A stretch of 64,000 bases of DNA, from assembly GCF_009914755.1 (NCBI RefSeq), contig NC_060928.1; one strand, 5' to 3'. The position numbers were made by a program, and so were the translations under genes. Origin of the DNA: the human T2T-CHM13v2.0 reference genome, Homo sapiens. Under the pieces are notes generated by a model. That model was not told the origin of the DNA. It worked only from the letters and a program-made list of their open reading frames with translations, and made no database searches. Shown here one piece after another: positions 55,688-64,000 of the stretch. How positions within the stretch are numbered: position 1 is the stretch's first letter; the number at the start of each line of letters is the position of its first letter.

Positions 55688-58253
55688 TTATTATTATACT
55701 TTTAAGTTTTGGGACACATGTGCAGAACATGCAGGTTTGTTACACAGGTATACATGTGCCATGGTGGTTTGCTGCACCCATCAACTCGTCATCTACATTA
55801 GGTATTTCTCCTAACACTATCCCTCTCCTAGCCCCCCACCCCGCTACAGGCCCCGGTGTGTGATGTTCCCCTCCCTGTGTCCATGTGTTCTTATTGTTCA
55901 ACTCCCACTTATGAGTGAGAACATGCAGTGTTTGGTTTTCTGTTACTCTGTTAGTTTGCTGAGAATGATGGTTTCCAGCTTCATCCATGTCCCTGCAAAG
56001 GACATGAGCTCATCCTTTTTCATGGCTGCATAGTATTCCATGGTGTATATATAACACATTTTCTTTATCCAGTCTACCATTGGTGGGCATTTGGGATGGT
56101 TCCAAGTCTTTACTATTGTGAATAGTGCCGCAATAAACATAGGTGTGTATGTGTCTTTATAGTAGAATGATTTATAGTCCTTTGGGTATATACCCAGTAA
56201 TGGAACTGCTGGGTCAAATGGTATTTCTGGTTCTAGACCATTGAGGAATCGCCACACTGTCTTCCACAATGGTTGAACTAGTTTACACTCCCACCAACAG
56301 TGTAAAAGTGTTCCTATTTCTCCACATCCTCTCCAGCATCTGTTGTTTCCTGACTTTTTAAAGATCGCCATTCTAACTGGCATGAGATGGTATCTCATTG
56401 TGGTTTTGATATGCATTTCTCTAATGACCAGTGATGAAGAGCTTTTTTCATATAACTATTGGCTGCATAAATGTCTTCTTTTGAGAAGTGTCTGTTTATA
56501 TCCTTTGCCCACTTTTTGATGGGGTTGTTTTTTTCTTGTAAATTTGTTTAAGTTCCTTGTAGATTCTGGATATTAGCCCTTTGTCAAATGGATAGATTTG
56601 CAAAAATTTTCTCCCATTCTATAGGTTGCCTGTTCACTCTGATGATAGTTTCTTTTGCTGTGCAGAAGCTCTTTAGTTTAATTAGATCACATTTGTCAAT
56701 TTTGGCTTTTGTTGCCATTGCTTTTGGGGTTTTAGTCATGAAGTCATGAAGTCTTTGCCCAAGCCTATTTCCTGAATGATATTGCCTAGGTTTTCTTCTA
56801 GGGTATTTATGGTTTTAGGTCTAACATTTAAGTCTTTAATCATTCTTGAATTAATTTTTGTATAAGGTGTAAGGAAGAGGTCCAGTTTCAGTTTTCTGCA
56901 TATGGCTAGCCAGTTTTCCCAACACCATTTATTAAACAGAGAATCCTTTCCCCATTACTTGTTTTTGTCAGGTTTCTCAAAGATCAGATGGTTGTAGATG
57001 TGTGGCGTTATTTCTGAGGCCTCTGTTCTGTTCCATTGGTCTGTATATCTGTTTTGGTACCAGTACCACATTGTTTTGGTTACTGCAGCCCCGTAGTAGG
57101 ATTTGAAGTCAGGTAGCGTGATGCTTCCAGCTTTGTTCTGTTTGCTTCGGATTGTCTTGCCTATATGGGCTCTTTTTTGGTTCTGTATGAACTTTAAAGT
57201 AGTTTTTTTCTAATTCTGTGAAGAAAGTCAATGGTAGCTTGATGGGGATGGCATTGAATCTATAAATCACTTTGGGCGATATGGCCACTTTCGCGATATT
57301 GATTCTTCCTATGAATGAGCATGGAATGTTTTTCCATTTGTTTGTGTCCTCTCATTTCCTTAAGCAGTGGTTTGTAGTTCTCCTTGAAGAGGTCCTTTAC
57401 ATTCTTTGTAAGTTGTATTCCTAGGCATTTTATTCTCTTTTTGAATGGGAGTTCAATTGTGAATGGAAGTTCACTCATGATTTGGCTCTCTGTTTGTCTA
57501 TTATTGGCGTACAGGAATGCCTGCAATTTTTGCACATTGATTTTGTGTCCTGAGACTTTGCTGAAGTTGCTCACCAGCTTAAGGAGATTTTGGGCTGAGA
57601 TGATGGGGTTTTCTAAATATACAATCATGTCATCTGCAAACAGAGACAATTCGACTTCTCTTCCTATTTGAATACCCTTTATTTCTTTCTCTTGCCTGAT
57701 TGCCCTGGCCAGAACTTCCAATACTATGTCGAATAGGAGTGGTGAGAGAGGAATCCTTGTCTTGTGCTGGTTTTCAAAGGGAATGCTTCCAGCTTTTGCC
57801 CATTCAGTATGATATTGGCTGTGGGTTTGTCATAAATAGCTCTTATTATTTTGAGATACGTTCCATCAGTACCTTGTTTATTGAAAGTTTTTAGCACTAA
57901 GGGTTGTTGAATTTTGTCAAAGGCCTTTTCTGCATCTATTGAGATAATCATGTGGTTTTTGTCATTGGTTCTGTTTATGTGATGGAATACATTTATTGAT
58001 TTGCACATGTTGAACCACCCTTGCATCCCAAGGATGAAGCCAACTTGATCGTGGTGGGTAAGCTCTTAGATGTGCTGCTGGATTTGCTTTGCCAGTATCT
58101 TATCGAGGATTTTCAAACTGATGGTCATCAGGGATATTGGCTTGAAATTTTCTTTTTTTGTGTGTGTCTCTGCCAGGTTTTGGTATCAGGATGATGCTGG
58201 CCTCATAAAATGAGTTAAGGGAGGAGTCGCACTTTTTCTATTGCTTGGAATAG
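55688..58253 (-). mobile_element. 5'-truncated L1PA (about L1PA7-8), 2.6 kb, sense to RAB28
   Basis: ORF2 peptides 57724..58026, 57260..57721 (LFADDMIVY) and 55943..56416. Degenerate TSD caaaacagaacctttttaaaa / caaaacagagctttttaaaa. Confidence 0.95.
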
Positions 58254-59084
58254 CAAAACAGAGCTTTTTAAAACTCTGCATAATAAGAAAAAAAAGCGGG
58301 CTAAAATCCTTGAGGGAAAAAATTGCATGTGCAAAAAAAATGAAAAAAATTCAAGTACTAACAAGTGATTGGCTGTATGAGATGCAAGTATGAGTGATTT
58401 TTTTTCTTCATAAGTTCCTGAATTTTCTAAATTTTATAAATTGACTATATACTGATCATTCTCTACTTTAAAATCCTAAAAAAGGCATTACAAAATAATT
58501 AAAGAATAATTCCCACTCCATCAGTGTTTTAGAACACATTATACAAATGATGTATTTTAAATAATTTGCCATGCTAACATTTCAATGATATAAATATATT
58601 TTGATAAGTTAATTAAAAAGCATATCAATGATATCTTGCATGCTAAGAAGTTATGAAGTTATTCCACAAATATTTAATAGTAATTCTAATTAAAATTTAA
58701 TATTTTGGGACCTCTCTATTTGCTTTATTATACTGTCTTTTAGACATAAGCACCTCAGAGGAAAATAAAGCATTATACTAAAATCTCATGTGGGGTCAAA
58801 AGTGACATTAATTAACCAGTATGCCTACAAACAATTCTGCCTATTTCGAACAAATCCAAGTCACCCTCAAAAAGCAAAATACATTACCTCTGATAGTAAA
58901 TAATCATGAAAAAACAAGACACTGAAATCAATTCCAACGAAGAATCACTTGTTACTGAAAAAGGTGCTCAAATTTCACACTTGCCAAAAAGATAAGTCTT
59001 AGGCGGTACATTATAATTGATTCCATCATAATACATTATATGTCTATAGCATAACGTAAAAATATGTCTGAATGTTAGTTGTTA

Positions 59085-59515
59085 ACAAGAACTAGCAATG
59101 ACAAACCTGAACTCACACCTGGCTCTCACCAACTCTAATCCTGATACCAAGGGTGACCTATGAGAGAAGCTTGCACCAATCACTGGAGAGCTGCACAAGC
59201 AGTGCAAGTACTCAGAGAAGCTGATGGGAGAGATCTGGCAGGAGCTGGAGGAAATGCAGGAACTGCTGGTCCACATGATTTCTCACATCTATAAGGTCAG
59301 CTAGCAAATCAGTTACAAGGAGTGAGAGCTACTACCATACCTGTTACTTAGGACTGACCCTCAAAGGGTCAAAAAGTATGCCTAACACTTCACTTCCTCC
59401 TTATAAATCATGCAAAATGTCTCTTGTGGCCAATGCTAACCAGAACAATACAGATGAAGAAATTTTGGAAACATATTTCCACTTTAGCCAAATTAACCAA
59501 ATACAGTGCCACCAC
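59085..59515 (-). mobile_element. Probable ancient ERVL-type LTR (LTR33-like)
   Basis: ggccaatgctaaccagaacaatacagatgaagaaattttggaaa...cttagccaaattaac resembles my recollection of this family. Confidence 0.35.
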
Positions 59516-59536
59516 AGAAAGAAACAGGTCCCTGCC

Positions 59537-59922
59537 TGCTATAATTTGGCTTTGTGTCCCCACCCAAATCTCATGCTAAATTGTGATCCTGAGTGCTGGA
59601 GGTGGGGCCTGGTAGGAGGTGACTGGATCATGGGAGTGGTTTCTAATAGTTTAGCACCATCCCCCTAGTGCTATCTCGTGATGGAATACTCATGAGATCT
59701 GCTTGTTTTTAAAAGTGTGTAGCACCTCCCCCTACTCCCACTGCCATGTGAAGACATGCTTGCTTCCCCTTTGCTTTCCACCATGATTTTAAGTTCCCTG
59801 AGACCTCCCCAGCCATGTTTCCTGTACAGCCTACGGGACTTTGAGTCTATTAAACCTCTTTTCTTTATAAATTACCCAGTTTCAGGTAGTTCTTTATAGC
59901 AGTGTAAGAACAGTCTAATATA
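59537..59922 (+). mobile_element. MST (MSTA-like) MaLR solo LTR, complete
   Basis: tgctataatttggctttgtgtccccacccaaatctcatg ... attaaacctcttttctttataaattacccagt...ctaatata. Confidence 0.9.
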
Positions 59923-60479
59923 GTATCCCCATGAAACAATAAGCTGATAAACACGTATAAAGGAAGAACAGCTGGATAGAGCAGTAAAATCCCCTAAATC
60001 AGTCCAAGGAAATTCCTTCCTGACTCCTACAACGGATAAGGGTCTTAGTTTGCCAATCTAGTACCTACCTACCATTAGAAGCCTGATTGCCGGTATGTTA
60101 CCAATACTCTACACTCAGGGTGAAATATATTGCAAACCCCACAAGTCAGCATTCAGGAAAAAATTTCTAAGGTAATAACTTAGAAAGTTTGCTTTCAAGA
60201 TAAGAGCTGCAAAAAAATAAATAAATAAATAAAACTCAACAGGGACCTTGGTAATAAATTTTAAAAGCCTTATCAGCTCCTATCAGATCTTAAACAATCA
60301 AAAATATGAATGTGAGGCCACAGAGCTGTCAACCCTCAAGCAAACAGTCAATAAAGAAAATAAAGAACAATGCAAAAGAAAAAACTGTGTGTGTGGTAGC
60401 GTTACAATCAACATTGTAAAAATAAGGCAAGAACAGGCTAAGGTAAGGAAAAGAAGGTTCCATCTTCATATTTAAATAG

Positions 60480-63160
60480 GAATAAGTAAAGTCTTTAGAA
60501 CTTAAAGGTCTCTGTATTGTTCTGGTTAATTTAGGAGCCATAAAGAATGTCTGTGGCAGCTCAAATGCCTGTGTAATAGAAAGAAAAAATAAAAGAAAGG
60601 GAGAAATAATAAAACAAGTGCACCTAAATTTTCCTGCTGATATAAAGACACAGGTTTTAAAGACGGATAAAAGCCATCCAGATACCACAGGCATTAATTT
60701 AAAAAAGATCCAAACAACATGATAAATTTCCCAATACTCCAAAGAAACAGAGAAAAAAATCCTATAAACTCAATGAGAGGGAAAAATACATAAGAATCAA
60801 GACTACTATCAGATTTTTTTCATTTTCAATATTAAATACCAAAACACAACAGAACAATGACTATAGGTTATAAGGAGAAAAAGATTCTGAACAAAAAAAC
60901 AGCCCAAACTATTGTTCAAATGTCGGCAAAATAATAAATTTTCAGACAACAAAGACAGAAGAAACATTAATTAATACAACTTTTGTGAATAAATAGCTGA
61001 TGTACTCAGGCAAAACAAAAAGTTGGTCCATTAAAAAGTTCATTGAATGCAAGCAAAGCTGATGAAAAAAGAAGCCAAGGAAACCCAGTGATATGTGATA
61101 TGATATGAAGCATATTGTAAAACTAATGTAAACTTAATAACAATCTGACAAGAAAAATTAAGATTAACAAAAATCTAAATATGAAGTAGAAGGTAAAAAT
61201 CAAAAGTACAAGCATACTTGTGTTATTTTGGCTGAAGGCCATAGACACTGATTGTTTATGTTGCTAGGGAAATTCCAAATTACATATTAAATGTAATAAT
61301 TTAACACAAATATTAAATGTTATTTAACTAAGAGTAATTTACTGTTAAAACATATTTTAAAAATAAAATCAGATTAATTATAATTGGAAAATAAAGAATA
61401 TAATTTAAAAGAAAAATTTCCAAATCTCTAGGGGGAAAAATAAGTTTTTAAAATGTTAATTGATTACAAAAACAAGGGAGGAGAAAAAAGAAAAATGTAT
61501 TAGACAAATGATAGACTGAAAAATAAGATCAAATATACCATGATCTAATTAATGAAATGAATTCAATAACCCACTTAACAGGCAAAGAAAAAACACAAGG
61601 CTTTTATCTATATAAATTATGAGAGACAAAATGATTCTAAAATGTTTTTAGGATTTTACTGTGTCAGGGTCAGATAGTTTAGTTTTCCATTCAAAAGTCA
61701 AAAAAAAAAAAAAGATAAATGAAAATTTCTCCTTTGCTGAACCTATGAAACATCTACAGCCCCTACACCACAATTTGTTGAAGAAGGGAGCAAATTCAGT
61801 CAAGGTAAACAAAAAGGGCTGACACATGTAAAATCAAGAAAGGATGACTATGGTTAAGAGCGTAAAAGCTAACAGAGGAGAGCTATCCAGACTGCAAAAC
61901 ACAGAAAACTCCTTTAGAACATCCAGAACTTCTGAGATCCAGGTGGCAGCAAGAGTTTCCCTAGATCACAACAGACCAAAGCATCAATGCTCAGATTGCT
62001 AGTAAGCAATCTGTTCATATATTCAGGAGAGCTGGGGGTGGGAGGAGAAGTGGGGATCTATACACCGCAAGCAACTATCTAATGTCAATCTGTGGCTGGG
62101 GGGAAGAACAATTAAAATATATATTCTCACACAAACAACCCTGTGTCGTAAGAAAAATTATTCTTAACCTAGAACATGGCCTTGACCTCTCTGTTCTAAG
62201 AGCCTCTTTAAAAAGACTGGCAAAAAAGGAGAGAGAAGTAGGGAAGATTTGGGGGAGTAGGAGGAGGGTGAGTTGCTGCGGGAAAAAATTTACCTCACTA
62301 AAAAGTGAAGAATAATAATACAGGAATCAGCACAGACTTTATACAAAGGCACAACAAGAAAACAAAAAGAATAAGAAAAAAACTAAAGACAAAGAGACTT
62401 ACAGGAAATGAGTAGCCATGGAGCAAATGAAAGTTGTGACTAAATATTACCATATATTTTTAAAACTTAATTACACAACTACTTCTATAAAATAAGAAAG
62501 CAGAGATACAAAAACTCAGAGAAGTTATGGTAAGATAATAGGAAGTGATGAAACCTGAGCAAATAGCTTAAAAAGATACTGAAGAAATCAAAGCTAAATT
62601 AGAAGCAGCAGAAAAAGACACTACTGAAAAGATAAGGGACATGAAAGACAAGATTGAGAAATGCAACTACAAGGAAATAAAAACTTAAAAAGTGTAAAAA
62701 GGAGAGAAAAAAATATAGAAGACAAGCAAATATCTAATATGCAGATAACTGGTGTCCCCGAAAAAATAACAGAACAGAAAAAAATAATTTCACAAAAAAA
62801 TGGAAGGATTTAAATCTATTTGTTTGAAAGGTATATGTTATCCATCAATCTCTCCACCCCAATAAACAGATACAGAATAATCAATACATATCAATGTATC
62901 TTATCTTGAAATCTAAGAAAGAATCTTTGGGACATACTGACAAAAAATTTAAGTCATTAATTATAATATTAAAAAATCAAACTTTCCTTAGACTTTTTGA
63001 AATTCAATACTGAAAAACAGCATGGTGACACAGACTTCTGAAGGAAATAAAGTGTGGCAAACTAATCTGCTGTCCAGCCAGTATGTTATTTAAACTTAAA
63101 ACCAAGAATATTTCTGCACATGCAGTAACTCAAGGAATAAAGATCCTAGCAGCCCTTCTT
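60480..63160 (+). mobile_element. Highly decayed L1/HAL1-like ORF1 remnants
   Basis: Strong A skew, with ataactggtgtccccgaa and aaaatcaaactttccttagactt resembling L1 ORF1. Confidence 0.4.
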
Positions 63161-64000
63161 TGTAAAAAGAAGACTACTCTTTATTCGGCTCTTGTCACAC
63201 TATTTAATAGTACCCGCAGAGAAAAAAGCATAAAGTTTTAAGAGAGAAAATGAACCCAAAATTAATGAACCCGCAGAGAAAAAGCATAAAGTTTTAAGAG
63301 AGAAAATGAATGTTTTAAAAATTATGCATGATGTATAAAAACAAAAGATAGTAATAAATAAGAAAAGAAGAGATAGTTTTTTTATAAATTAGGAATGGAA
63401 AAAAGGGGATATAATCCCAGATGAGGAAGGGATTTTTAAAGACAGAGAATGCCAAGTATAACTTTATTCCAATAAACTTGTGCTAAAATGTTCAGACCCA
63501 CAAAAATGACCACAGGCCACATTTGGCATAAGTCTATTCCAAAATATAGAAGACAAGAACTATAGCTTGCCAGCTGGCCAGCATCTAGTCTTTCTCAGAG
63601 GGAAACTACAGATTACACAGCAGTCTAGGAGCTATTTTCTCCTCAAGTGACAGCACAAATATGAGCATATGACAATGACACATGGGTATATGGTCAGCTC
63701 AGAAGCCCCGTTCCACAAGAGCCAATTTCTCTTGTAACATTCCATAAGCAAAGATTCCAGAGCCCCTCCAAATGACAAGCCACGCACGAGTCTCTGCACT
63801 CAGAAAAGCCCAAAAGCTACGGTTTCTAACAGTATTTATAGTTCATCTCTGGTCCCTCCCAGTCCAGCTGTTATTAACTAATCAGGTTTCATTTTTATCA
63901 TAAAAATGTTCTGCAGTAATGTTATTGACACATACTACCTTAACAGGTTACCACGGGAACAGAGCTACATTGTTTAATTGAAGATCAGACACTTAAGCTG

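Noticed and set aside
55680-55710. Loss of AATAAA in the sense-oriented L1 tail as selection against premature polyadenylation
   Set aside because: The antisense copies at 41760 and 51200 have also lost it, so the decay is not orientation-specific.

Overview
Primate (human-like) genomic DNA holding the 3' half of RAB28 on the minus strand. It contains two constitutive coding exons (31171-31274, 26226-26303), three alternative C-terminal exons (21548 down, 19552-19646, 18331 down), the 3' UTR with an AATAAA at 17418-17423, and about 33 kb of one large upstream intron. Bases 1-17400 are downstream intergenic sequence. Almost everything else is interspersed repeat: seven Alus, several L1s, L2, MIR, MaLR LTRs and hAT DNA transposons. 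The ORF track is essentially spurious or repeat-derived. I found no convincing new gene or novel multi-gene system. The most notable structure is (i) a duplicated pair of CAAX-encoding terminal exons plus a CAAX-less third exon, (ii) a series of hairpin-templated repair scars and short duplications, and (iii) inverted repeat pairs and a chimeric L1 in the introns. Gene identity and repeat subfamilies are from memory of consensus sequences, not database searches, and boundaries of old repeats are approximate.
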